From: the human T2T-CHM13v2.0 reference genome, Homo sapiens
Assembly (NCBI RefSeq): GCF_009914755.1
Contig: NC_060943.1
Reading direction: 5' to 3' (one strand)
DNA: 64,000 nt
Shown here: positions 1 to 41,837 of the stretch, one piece after another
How positions within the stretch are numbered: the stretch's first letter is position 1
How the letters are laid out: each line of letters opens with the position of its first letter
The notes under the pieces: generated by a model
Seen by the model: only the letters and a program-made list of their open reading frames with translations
What the model was told of the DNA's origin: nothing
The model's database searches: none
Program-made: the position numbers and the translations under genes

Positions 1-1071
1 TGCCAGCGAGGCGGGAATCCATAAGTGGGAACACCACAGTGGTCACGTTTCAGATACTCACAGCTCAGAGCGGGTCCCATAGCTTGCACCTGAAGCCCCA
101 ACTACTCAGGAGGCTGAGGCGGAAGGATTGCTTGAGCCCAGGAGGGCAAGGCCAGCCTGGGCAACGTGGCAAGACCCCATCTCTAAAAAAAATAAGTTCG
201 GTGGGTGTGGGGCCAGTGCCTGTGGTCTGTTTTTTGGGAGGCTGAGGCAGGAGGATCGCTTGAGCCTAGGAGGTCAAGGCTGCAGTAAGCCGTGATCCCA
301 CCACTGCACTGCAGCCTGGGCAACAGAGCAAGACTGTCTCTAAAATAACAATAATAATAAAATACCTGGGGTTCAGAAAAGAAAAGCTGGAAGGCAAAGC
401 CGACCGCACTGGGCAGAGGTGGAGATGGCAAGTCTGGGGGCTCCCTCATCTTCCCCTGCCCCGAGCCCTCAGGTGGCCTCCACCTGGTCCCCAGCGAAGT
501 CCCAGTTGTGCAAGAGCACCCCAGCTGGGCCCTGGGCCATCACAGCCTTGTCACACACACAGCCTGGCCCATCACAGCAGAGCTGGGGTCACAGCCTTGG
601 GCTGCTGGGCCGTGGGCGGATGGCCTGGACCATCCACACCCCACTCCCCTGGAAGTCACCAACTGGGCTTAGTTGCCGGATACCCCAGGCAGCCCCCCGC
701 GGTGCTTCGCAAGTTGGGCCGCCTCCCCCAGCATGTCCCCTGCTCTGTGGACACCCAGGGATGTGGAGGTAGTAGCACAGAGTCTCGGTCCAGGGCCCTG
801 TTCCCCAGGGAGCTGGGCGTCCTCAGAGCCTTCCCAAATGCCCACACCGGGGGCACCCGGGTTTCCCCAAACACTCCAGGACAGAGCGGGGGCTTTGATC
901 ACAGGGAGGGGGCTGCAGAGCTGCTGTGTCTCCTGGCTCCTCTGCCCCATGCTCCCCACTCAGGGCTCCAGCAGTGGGCTCAGAGGACAGTGTGGCATTA
1001 GCATCCCCTGCCCGTCCAGGTTGTCACTCTCCTTGGCCCCTTGCTGCTCCCCAGTGGAAAAAAAAGGGGGA

Positions 1072-1077
1072 AATAAA
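1072..1077 (+). terminator. AATAAA poly(A) signal, probably the distal 3' end of upstream THOP1
   Basis: AATAAA followed ~30 nt later by a GT/T-rich element (tgtatgttttgtg). The THOP1 assignment rests only on remembered synteny; no THOP1 coding sequence is in the window. Confidence 0.5.
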
Positions 1078-2943
1078 GAATCGTAAAAAATACATATATT
1101 GGAACCTGTATGTTTTGTGATCTTCGCAACATTTCTCTGTAAACTCTCCTTCTTTAGGTTTTTGACAAAACCTGAATGCAGAAGTGGTCTCCTCCCCAGT
1201 CACCCGTCCAGCCCCCGTGGGCTGTCCCCAGGTGTCCCTGGCTCTTCATCCCCACAATCCTGTCCCTGCCTGTGCTGCCTCCAACACACGCGCCCCAGGC
1301 TTTGTGCCTGTGGTTCCATTTTGGTCCTTCACGAAGTATTTCTCCAACCGAGAAGCTGCTGGGATCTCTGTGGTTGGTGGCCCCGAGCGGCCCCACTCCT
1401 CTCAAGGATGATACCAGTGGGGCCGTTGTAGGCAGGCTCCATGCTGCGGGCTGGGCAGGCGCGGTCGTCCCCATCCTCCCCATGGGACTTGTGTTACTGT
1501 CCCCGTGTCCCAGATGGGGCATCTCAGGAGCAGAGCCAGCGTCCCCCCTCCTCTCCCCAATGAGCAACACCGGCTGAAGGCCACAGCCTTGAAAGGGACA
1601 GGGGCCTCACTCTCCAGGGCTGTCCCTACTTCAAGGGACAAAATGTTTTGTGAAACTCAGTTCGATTCTGAGATTAATGGCCAGCTTGCGGGTGGTTTGA
1701 GCCCTGGGCTGGAAGGCAGGAGGTCTGGGTTCAAGTCTCCAGGTAGACAGGGCCCAGGGATGAGTTCCAGCATGGGCTAGGGGCCAGGGTGCTGCCCACG
1801 TGGCTCCCTGGGGAACTGGGCTCCCTGTGGCCATGCAGAGAGCTTTCTGGCTTTTCCAGGCTGCACCAGACCGGTGTGATGCTCTCCTCTTCAGACCCCA
1901 GACTGCCCTTGTGTGTTCCCTCTTGCCCCATCCTCAGCTCAGGAGGTCAGGGAGACGGAGCTCTGTCCCAAAGGCCATCCTGTGCCCCCGGCCACCTCTC
2001 ATCGTTGGTTTGCGGATGGGCTGGTGACCTATTTTGGAGCACCTACATCAGTGCCGTCCTCCAGTCTGACTCGGTTTGAACGATTAGAGAATTTTATTTT
2101 TCCCTGAACTTGAAATTGGGAGGAGGGAATGCTGTCGGCACGTGGAGGTGCTTGGAGTGGGGCCTGCCAACCCGGAGGACGCTACGGCTGTGATGAAGGC
2201 TACCCCACTACATCGTCCAAGCACCTCCAACCCAGTTTACGGTGGGGTCCGGACCTGCCCCTGAACTTGGCGGTTATGTGAGCCTATAAATTCCCAGTTA
2301 TTATTTATGTTTTTATTGGCTGGGCACAGTGGCTCACACCTGTAATTCCAGCACTTTGGGAGGCTGAGGCAGGCAGATCACTTGAGGCCAGAAGTTCAAG
2401 ACCAGCCTGGCCAATATGAGGAAACCCCGTCTCTACTAAAAAATACAAACATTTAGTCAGACGTGGTGGCCCTTGCCTTAGTCGGTGTGAGAACTGACTA
2501 ATGCAATTAGTGAGACTATATTATGAACCTTTATAGTGTTAGAAATAAATTTTCGGTGCCACAAAAGAAACAGCACTCGAACATTAATTTTCTCAGCACG
2601 GCAATTTTACTTCTATAGAAGGGTGCGTCTGGCAGGTGGAGCCCAGCGCCGCGCTGCGGGGCCTGCTGGGACTTGTAGTTCGCAGGCTCAGGGTGCGCAG
2701 GCGCAATGCCGAGTTTGCCTCTGCGCGAGTCGGGGTTGGCGGCGCCTGAACGAGCACACCTGAACGAGGGAGGAGAAGGGGTTCTTACCCCTGACGCAGG
2801 TACCCCTACTGCTGTGTTGTTCCCCTATTGGCTAGGGTTGGCCCGCACAGTCTAAGCTGATTCTGATTGGCTGTTTTAAAGAGCAGGGGTATGAGCCAGA
2901 GTGGCGGGGTGAGTAGTTTGGCAGGAAGGACGGCTACAGAAAA

Positions 2944-3923
2944 GGTGACTCAGAATGACTAAGAACAGAGCAGGTGACCAAGGATAACTAAGGTCAGAGC
3001 AGGTGACAAGGGTGACTAAGAACAGAGCAGGTGACCAAGGATAACTAAGGTCAGAGCAGGTGACAAGGGTGACTAAGAACAGAGCAGGTGACCAAGGATA
3101 ACTAAGGTCAGAGCAGGTGACCAAGGATAACTAAGGTCAGAGCAGGTGACCAAGGATGACTAAGGTCAGAGCAGGTGACAAGGGTGACTAAGAACAGAGC
3201 AGGTGACCAAGGATAACTAAGGTCAGAGCAGGTGACCAAGGATAACTAAGGTCAGAGCAGGTGACCAAGGATGACTAAGGTCAGAGCAGGTGACAAGGGT
3301 GACTAAGGTCAGAGCAGGTGACCAAGGATGACTAAGGTCAGAGCAGGTGACAAGGGTGACTAAGAACAGAGCAGGTGACCAAGGATAACTAAGGTCAGAG
3401 CAGGTGACAAGGGTGACTAAGGTCAGAGCAGGTGACCAAGGATAACTAAGGTCAGAGCAGGTGACCAAGGATGACTAAGGTCAGAGCAGGTGACAAGGGT
3501 GACTAAGAACAGAGCAGGTGACCAAGGATAACTAAGGTCAGAGCAGGTGACAAGGGTGACTAAGAACAGAGCAGGTGACCAAGGATGACTAAGGTCAGAG
3601 CAGGTGACCAAGGATAACTAAGGTCAGAGCAGGTGACAAGGGTGACTAAGAACAGAGCAGGTGACCAAGGATAACTAAGGTCAGAGCAGGTGACAAGGGT
3701 GACTAAGAACAGAGCAGGTGACCAAGGATAACTAAGGTCAGAGCAGGTGACAAGGATGACTAAGGTCAGAGCAGGTGACCAAGGATGACTAAGGTCAGAG
3801 CAGGTGACCAAGGATGACTAAGGTCAGAGCAGGTGACAAGGATGACTAAGGTCAGAGCAGGTGACCAAGGATGACTAAGGTCAGAGCAGGTGACCAAGGG
3901 TGACTAAGGTCAGAGCAGGTGAT
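2944..3923. repeat. 28/29-bp VNTR, ~34 units (gactaaggtcagagcaggtgaccaaggat and variants)
   Basis: Direct tandem units with interchangeable sub-variants (ggtc/gaac, ccaaggat/caagggt, gact/aact). Confidence 0.97.
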
Positions 3924-4015
3924 AGGGGCTAGGAGGGGTTGTTTACTGAAACTAGGGGCAAGGAAACGAAAAGAACGAGGAAGTTAAAGTTTAAAATGAA
4001 GAACAAAGAATAGGT

Positions 4016-4378
<363 letters not shown>

Positions 4379-4519
4379 TTAACAATTTACAGGCTAAAAC
4401 CTTTGAAGAGGAATTTGTTGTATCCTACAACAGTATATTAATTATAGTAGTTTTACTATTTTAATTTCTCATAAATAACAATCAGTAGAATATTAAATAA
4501 ATATTTAAACAATAATTTA

Positions 4520-4657
<138 letters not shown>

Positions 4658-5358
4658 TTAGCCGAGTGTGGTTGTGCACGCCCGTAATCCCAGCTACTTG
4701 GGAGACTGAGGCAGGATAATCGCTTGAACCCGAGGGGGCGGAGGTTTCAGTGACCTGAGATCATGCCATTGCACTCCAGCCTGGGCGACAAGAGCGAAAC
4801 TCAGTCTCAAAAACAAACAACAATTACTTAAGCAATCATTTTAATAAGTATGTAATACATTATACGTTTATATAACTTGCTTAATAAATAATAGTAGTTA
4901 TTAATATCCAATGGCAAGCCGCCGGGAAACGACGGAGCTGGGATTTGAGGATTGGCTCCGCGAACCCCACAACACCCGGGGACTCCAGCGAACCACACGG
5001 GGTGGATCCAACAGCCGCAGGGGCATCGTGGTCCTGCGGAGACGCCGCCCGCCCGGAGGCGGCGCTGTGACCCAGGTTGGAGAGTCAGGAGCCCAGCGCC
5101 GCGCTGCGGGGCCTGCTGGGACTTGTAGTTCGCAGGTTCGGGGTGCGCAGGCGCAGTGCCGAGTTTACCTCTGCGCGCGTCGGGGTTGGTGGCGGCGGCT
5201 GCGGCGAGTTCCTGAGGGGCGCCTGCGGGGGGCGTCCGCTCCGAGCGCCGAGGAGCCGAGCGGAGGAGGCGTCCCAGGGACACGCAGGGGAGGCCGGCCG
5301 GCCTGCACGGGGCGCTCCCGCCTCGGGGGCCCTGTCTGGCGCCTCAGCGCGCGCCCCG

Positions 5359-20140
<14,782 letters not shown>

Positions 20141-20597
20141 CAATTGCACGCTGCTTTGTAAGCCACTTTTTAGTACTCTGACACATACATGTGGTTATCT
20201 TTTGCCCTGTTGTGATGGATAATTTGAAAAGAAGTGGGTTTATGTCACCTTCTCACCTTCTTATAAGAAAGCTCTGAGAATGGGCATTTTTGTATTTTGT
20301 TGTTGTTGTTGAGATGGAGTCTGCCACCCAGGCTGGAGTCCAGTGGCGTGATCATACCTCACTGCAGCTTCAACTTCCTGGGCTCAAGTAATCCTCCCAC
20401 CCCAGCCTCCCAGGTAGCTAGTACTATAGGTGTGCACCACCACGCCCAGCAAATTTTTAAATTTATTATAGAGTGGGAGGCAGGGTGCGGTGGCTCATGC
20501 CTATAATCCTAACACTTTAGGAGGCCGAGGCGGGTGGATCATGAGGTCAGGAGATCGAGACCATCCTGGCTAACACAGTGAAACCCTGTCTCTACTA

Positions 20598-20795
<198 letters not shown>

Positions 20796-21388
20796 CTACA
20801 TTGCCAAGACTGGTCTTGAACTCCTGGGGTCAAGCATCCTCCTGTCTTGGCCTCCCAAAGTGTTGGGATTAGAAGCATGAGCCGCTGTGCCCAGCCTGAC
20901 GGGGCCTTTTAGTGGGAGGAGTTGCCATTACACTACGTCCAGTAAGCTCCAGACTTTCGGAAAAGATTGGTGGACGGGAATGCTGTCATGGATGGGATCT
21001 TGCCAAGAACCATCACGTGTTAATTTAGTTGCTTAAACAAAAGGTGTTCTGTTTCTTAACTACTTCTGTGTCTTTACTTTTTATTTCATTGTTCATTGTT
21101 TTTATTTTAATATTCTTTTCTGGGTTTATATGAGACGAGTTTTCACTCTGTTGCTGAGGCTGAAGTGCAGTGGCGTGATCATAGCTCCCTGTAGTCAGCC
21201 TTCATCTCCTGGACTCAAGCAATCCTCCCACCTCAGCCTCTCCGGTAGCTGGGACTACACATGTGCACCGCTACCACACCCAGCTAAATTTTTTTTTTGT
21301 ATTTTTGTAGTGATGGGCTTTCACCAGGTTGCCCAGGCTGGTCTCAAACTCCTGAGCTCAAGCAATCCACCCACCTTGGCCTCCCAAA

Positions 21389-21660
21389 GTGCTGGTATTA
21401 CAGGTGTGAGCCACCGTGCTGGTATTACGGGTGTGAGCCACTGTGCTGGGATTACGGGCGTGAGCTGCCCATGCTGGGATTACGGGTGTGAGCCACCGTG
21501 CTGGTATTACGGGTGTGAGCCACCGTGCTGGGATTACGGGCGTGAGCCACTGTGCTGGGATTACGGGCGCGAGCCACTGTGCTGGGATTACAGGTGTGAG
21601 CCACCCTGCTGGGATTATGGGTGCGAGCCGCCGTGCTGGGATTACAGGTGTGAACCACTG
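21389..21660. repeat. 27-bp Alu-5'-end-derived minisatellite, ~10 units
   Basis: Unit gtgctgggattacgggtgtgagccacc at the 5' end of a - strand Alu. Confidence 0.92.
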
Positions 21661-22328
21661 CTCCTGGCCTTTATTTCAGCATTCTGTTTCAGTGTTTCAC
21701 ATTGGCCACTTAGCTAGATCCGTTTGTCTTCTGCAGTACTGTGCTGATCCAGAGTATATGCTAAGACGGAAAGCGCTTTGGAGGTAAAGTTTAAAAAATA
21801 CAAGGGCTTCAAAATAGTACTAGTAATTTGATCCATTCACAAAAGGACAAAGGCTGGACAGAGACGTGAAGAAATGAATCATTTACGCAATGATTGGGGT
21901 GTTCCAATTATGTGTGATTTTGTGTTTTCTGCCGTTTCATTTTGTATTGCCATAATCATTTTGACAATGAATACAAATCAAATAGCACCCAAAATTGTGA
22001 AGGATACGGAACCTCATTGATGAGTCAGGATAGACTGTGGGTACCTAGATGGTAGAGACATAGTATAGTAGACTTTGGGACATAGAGGGTGGAATGACCT
22101 TTGGTGGCCTGGGAAAAGTCCCGCCTGTGAGATGTCCCTAGCAAAATCAAGACCAGGAGTGCTGATGTGCATTATCGTCATGAACATGTATTGGATGCTT
22201 ACTGTATACCAAGCACCAGCCAAGTACTTCCATGTGGTTCTTCATTTAGCCCTCACGACCCCATGAGATAATCACTATTCACATTCCATTTTACAGAAGA
22301 CAAAACGGAAATAATTTGCTCAAGGTCA

Positions 22329-22487
<159 letters not shown>

Positions 22488-22620
22488 TTAGGGAGGCCGA
22501 GATGGGCGGATCACCTGAGGTCAGGAGTTCGAGACCAGCCTGACCAACATGGAGAAACCGCATCTCTACTAAACATACAAAATTAGCCGGCATGGTGGTG
22601 CATGCCCGTAATCCCAGCTA

Positions 22621-22785
<165 letters not shown>

Positions 22786-22854
22786 CTATTCAGGAGGCTG
22801 TGGCATGAGAATAGCTGATGTTTCAGTGAGCCGAGATGGTGCCATTGCACTCTA

Positions 22855-23286
<432 letters not shown>

Positions 23287-24462
23287 TTACAAATTTTCTC
23301 TTAGGACTCATCTAACTTTCCTGTGAATGTTCCCTTTTTCCTTGAGCTAATGAGGGAGGTTGCCCGTCAGATCTCCTTTCACCCAAATGGAACATGTTGC
23401 TTTTCCTTAGAGATCCTTGATCCATGGTCAGTCTAGACCCTATTGGGTTGATGAGTAAGTTTCTTTAGGGGCTCTGTGAACAACTTTGAGAACAACTTTG
23501 TGTGCTGGTGCATTGATGTGTTTTTTGGGGAAAGCATCTGTAACTTCCAGCATATTCTTGAGAAGGGTTGACTTAGAAGTCTCCTGACTGTACTGTTTTC
23601 AGTCTTGTTATCTCCCTCCAGCAATTATATTTTATTTTTTGAGATGGAGTCTCACTGTGTTGCCCAGGCAGGAGTGCAATGGTGAGATTTCGGCTCACTG
23701 CAACCTCTGCCTCTGGGTTCAAGCGATTCTCCTGCCTCAGCTCCCAAGCAGCTGGGACTACAGGCATGCGCCACCACGCCCGGCTAATTTTTTTTGTATT
23801 TTTATTAGAGATGGGGCTTTCACCATGTTGGCCAGGCTGGTCTCAAACTCCTCACCTCAGGTTGTCCACCCACCTCAGCCTCCCAAAGTGCTGGGATTAG
23901 AGGCGTGAGCCACCGAGCCCGGGCACACTATTTTTAACTGGAAGCTGCTTTCCTATGTCAGTCCTCTAAACATTAATTTTTATAAAAGTGTGTAAAACCT
24001 TCCTAGGAAAGATAAAAATAAATTTTAAAAATTGTTTCTAAATGAAATGTCAATATCAGAATTTGAACAACCACTTAAGCTATGGAGTTTTCTGAAATGA
24101 ATAACCATTAACTGTGTTTGGTTTTCAGCCCCTGTCTATTAAGTGTATTCAGTGTTTTCAGGCCTATCACAATCGTTTTTCCTTTTTTTAAAAAAAATTG
24201 AAGGCTGGGTGTGGTGGCTCACACCTGTAATCCAAGCACTTTGCAAGTCCGAGGCAGGTGGATCACCTGAGGTCAAGAGTTTGAGACCAGCCTGGCCAAC
24301 ATGGTGAAACCTCATCTCTACTAAAAAAATAAAAATTAGTAGGCCAGGCGTGGTGGCTCACACCTGTAATCCCAGCACTTTGGGAGGCCGAGGCGGGTGG
24401 ATCACATAAGGTTGGGAGTTCGAGACCAGCCCGACCACCACGGAGAAACCCCGTCTCTACTA

Positions 24463-24621
<159 letters not shown>

Positions 24622-24995
24622 TCAAAAAAACAAAAAACAAAAAAATTAGCTGGGTGTGGCGGGGCAGGTCTGTAGTCTCACCTACTCGGAAGGCTGAGGT
24701 ACGATAATCACTTGAACCCGGGAGGTGGAGTTTACAGTGAGTCGGGATCCTGCCATTGCACTCCAGCCTGGGTGACAGAGCAAGACTGAAAAAACCAAAA
24801 ATTTAAAAAAAAAACACTTCCCTCCTAAGGTTCAATCCAATTCATTTAAACTTTTGCGTGTTTTTCTTATATCAGTTAAAATAGGGATTCAATATCCTTA
24901 GAAATATAGCCTTTTCTGTTTTAAATATAACATCTAAAAATTGTAGTAAAATACAAATAACAAATATTTACCATGTTCATCATTTTTAAGTCTAA

Positions 24996-25427
<432 letters not shown>

Positions 25428-25624
25428 TGATCCGCCCGCCTCGGCCTCCCAAAGTGCTGGGATTACAGGCGTGAGCCACCGTGCCCGGCCTCAAGCGATT
25501 CTCTTGCCTCAGCCTCCCTAGCTGGGATTACAGGTGCGCGCCACCACGCCCGGCTAATTTTGTATTTTTAGTAGAGACAGGGTTTTGCCATGTTGGGCAG
25601 GCTGGTCTTGAACTCCTGACCTCA

Positions 25625-25759
<135 letters not shown>

Positions 25760-26861
25760 TTAAAATATGAACTTGAGAGTTTTTTTGTTTTTTAATATGG
25801 AGTCTCACTCTGTCGCCCAGGCTAGACTGCAGTGGGGCGATCTCGGGTCACTACAACCTCCACCTCTCGGGTTCAAGCAATTCTCCTGCCCCAGCATCCC
25901 CAGTAGCTGAGATTACAGGCGCCCGGCACCACGCCGGGCTGATTTCTGTATTTTTAGTAGAGAAAGGGTTTCACCATATTGGCCACGATGGTCTCAAACT
26001 CCTGAACTCAGATGATCCGTCCACCTCGGTCTCCCAAAGTGCTGGGATTACAGGCGTGAGCCACTGCGCCCAGCCAAATGTGAGGGTTTTAATGAACATC
26101 TCATATCTTCTGGTTGATTTGAGCAAAGCTCCTGCCCCCTGCCAGGCTTTGGGTTCGGCCTCCCCCAGACCGGGTCTCCGGATTCGCAGCCCCCTGGGCG
26201 GGGTCTCCATGTCGCCCGCAGCGCGATGACGTCACGTCTGCGGGTCCCGCCCCCACGTAGGTCTCGGCCCTTCGGACCCGGCGCCCAGCCCCCGTTCGCC
26301 CTGCCAGGCCCGGGCCGCCCGCTTGCATCCACCTCCTGTCCGGACAAGGGGTCGCCTCGTGAGGAAACTAGTCTGGAGTTCCCACGCCCGTCCCGGAGGA
26401 GGACGCGGGCGGGGCGCCCGAACTGCGGGGAGAGGGCGATTCCGCCCCGGGCTGAAACCAGTTCGCCCAGAAGCCAGTGTCCCCGCAGGGCGGGACAGCC
26501 ACGCGTGTTCGCAACGCTCCCGTCACTCACCGGCAGGGGGTGGGCCCTAGGGAACTACCCAGTCAGGACGGGCGGGGGCGGGGCCGAGACAAGTATCCAA
26601 TGAGGGACGCCCAATCGGAATCCGGGGAACTGCCCAATTTACAGCGCCAGGGGACGGACTGGGGAATTCTCCAATCAGAGTCGCCGACGTTGGCAGCACT
26701 GTCCAATCAGAAGCGCGGCTTCCCGAGCTCTGTCTAATCAGGCCCCTGGGACGGGACGCCTCTGTCCTAGCCGTGAGTGCCCCGCCTGCCCCTAGCGGTC
26801 CCTGGCGTCCCGGTTCCTGTCGCGCTCACCTGCGCCGGTAGCGAAGAAATCGCCCCGGGAC

Positions 26862-39238
<12,377 letters not shown>

Positions 39239-39291
39239 GTTCCTTATCCTGAAAGTGGACACTCAAGGAGTGTGTCTGTAGTTCATTTGCA

Positions 39292-39383
39292 AATAAACAT
39301 TTAGTTGAAAAATAATTCTCCAAATACTCTCAGCTATCCTACATGAATTTGAACAGGTAGTTTCTTACGATTCAGTAAATAAA
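39292..39383 (+). terminator. Proximal ZNF555 poly(A) signals (AATAAA at 39292 and 39378)
   Basis: Two AATAAA hexamers 54-140 nt after the stop, followed by GT-rich sequence. Confidence 0.55.
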
Positions 39384-40487
39384 ACTTTCATCTTAGAGTG
39401 TTTTGGACTCATGGATGATTTGAAGTGTATTTTTAATATGCAAGTAGGTTCAAGTTTTATTTAATTTCTTAAATTGTAACTGACTTAGTGTGACAGGTAT
39501 TGGATATTACGTATCTATTATATTTTCCACCTTTTTTACTGGGAGTATTTTTATTGTTTGGCCAGAGGAGCCTTATTCCATTTTTTAAGAAGTAGTTGGC
39601 AGAATTTTGTAATTATGCAAAGTTGTTTAAGGAGTATAGCCTCAAATGAATTGTAATTTTTAATGTTTGCCCATTGCTGTTTGTCTTTGCTTGTGATTGT
39701 GAATTGGACAGTAGGCTTTGACTTGTGATGTGACGGAGAAATCCAGAGTTGCAGATAGTTCTTCTGCATTGTTGTCAGTGTGGGTAGTGTTAGGAACTTC
39801 ATTTGCTGGAATGCATTTCCTTTATGGTTCCATGTCCAAATTTACCAATAGCAATAACTTGAATGAAATTTAGAATGAAGAAGAAGTAAGTCATCGCTGA
39901 GCTTTTGGGGTCACATTAAATGGAGATGGACAGATGCATAGGGGCTTTGTGAACATCAACCTTCAGCTTATTTTCCAGATTCTTATTCCTGCCAATCAAG
40001 AGTACCATCAAAAGAAACACTTAAGTGCTTGATTTCCACTGTGTCAGAGGTGTAGTCTTCCTCAGACATCTCCATTAACTTGATATTAGGGATATTCCTG
40101 TGTGGTCAGTCACCTAGAGTCTGGATTTTTCTCAAAACCCTGCATGACCTCTTGACCACTGATTCAGACTGTCTTGTTTGGCAGTCTCTGAGCTTCTGAT
40201 TCTCCCGTTCTGTAGATCTTAACATATTTGCATGGGGTCTAATTTATATAGTGAGCACCTTGTTATCTTAATACTTCCAGTGGCTCTGTGATCCTGATTC
40301 CACCACGAAAGCCACAGTGTTGCAGTCAAAGAAGAAAAACAACACATGGGACTTTGTACCCTATTGCATTTTTAAGTGTGCCTGCCGAGTCCTATGTGAG
40401 AACAAATACCTTCCTCATATATTAGATTTAGGGAGATTTCTGTTACTCAGAACTAAATGCAGTTTCTTGATATAGGTTAAATTATTA

Positions 40488-40881
<394 letters not shown>

Positions 40882-40894
40882 TTAGTTGTTTAGA

Positions 40895-41315
40895 GACTAT
40901 ATTAATTTCCCAGGGCTGCCATAACAAAGTACAAAAACTGGGTGACATAGGAAAACAAACTTTTTGTTTCTCAGTTCTGGACCCAGAAATCCAGAAACAA
41001 GGCATTGGCAGGACCATGCTTTTTCTGAAGATGCTAGGGAAGGATCTGTTTCAGAACTCACCTAGCTTCTGGTAGTTCCTTAGCTTGTGGCAGCATAACT
41101 CTAATTTTCACATGGCATTCTCCCTGTGTGTGTGTCTCTCCATGTGACAATATTTTTATACATACACACCACTCATTGGGTTAGGCCCCACTCTACTTCA
41201 GTATGATTTTACCTTAACTAATTACATTGGCAACAGCTCTCTTTTCGCATACTGAGGCACCGCGAATTAAGATTTCAACGTAAAAATTTTAGGAGACCCA
41301 ATTCAACCCATAACA
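40895..41315 (-). mobile_element. MLT1 (MaLR) LTR
   Basis: tattaatttcccagggctgccataacaaagtac ... caattcaacccataaca. Confidence 0.75.
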
Positions 41316-41450
41316 CTAAGAAATGTTATTTTTTGTTTACCGAGAGAATTACAGATTTCAAATCAACTTTGTAATTTTGATAATTTAAGCATGTTACATT
41401 TTGAATCAGTATTACCAAGTATATACAAATACAGGTATTTTTTCATATAA

Positions 41451-41837
<387 letters not shown>

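Noticed and set aside
39-2107. Many overlapping 60-140 aa ORFs
   Set aside because: GC-rich UTR/intergenic DNA with no recognisable domain or splice-consistent structure.
2876-3811. Repetitive - strand ORFs (LVTCSDLSYPWSPAL)n and a CRISPR-like look
   Set aside because: These are translations of the LTR10 VNTR. There are no unique spacers or cas genes, and the context is eukaryotic.
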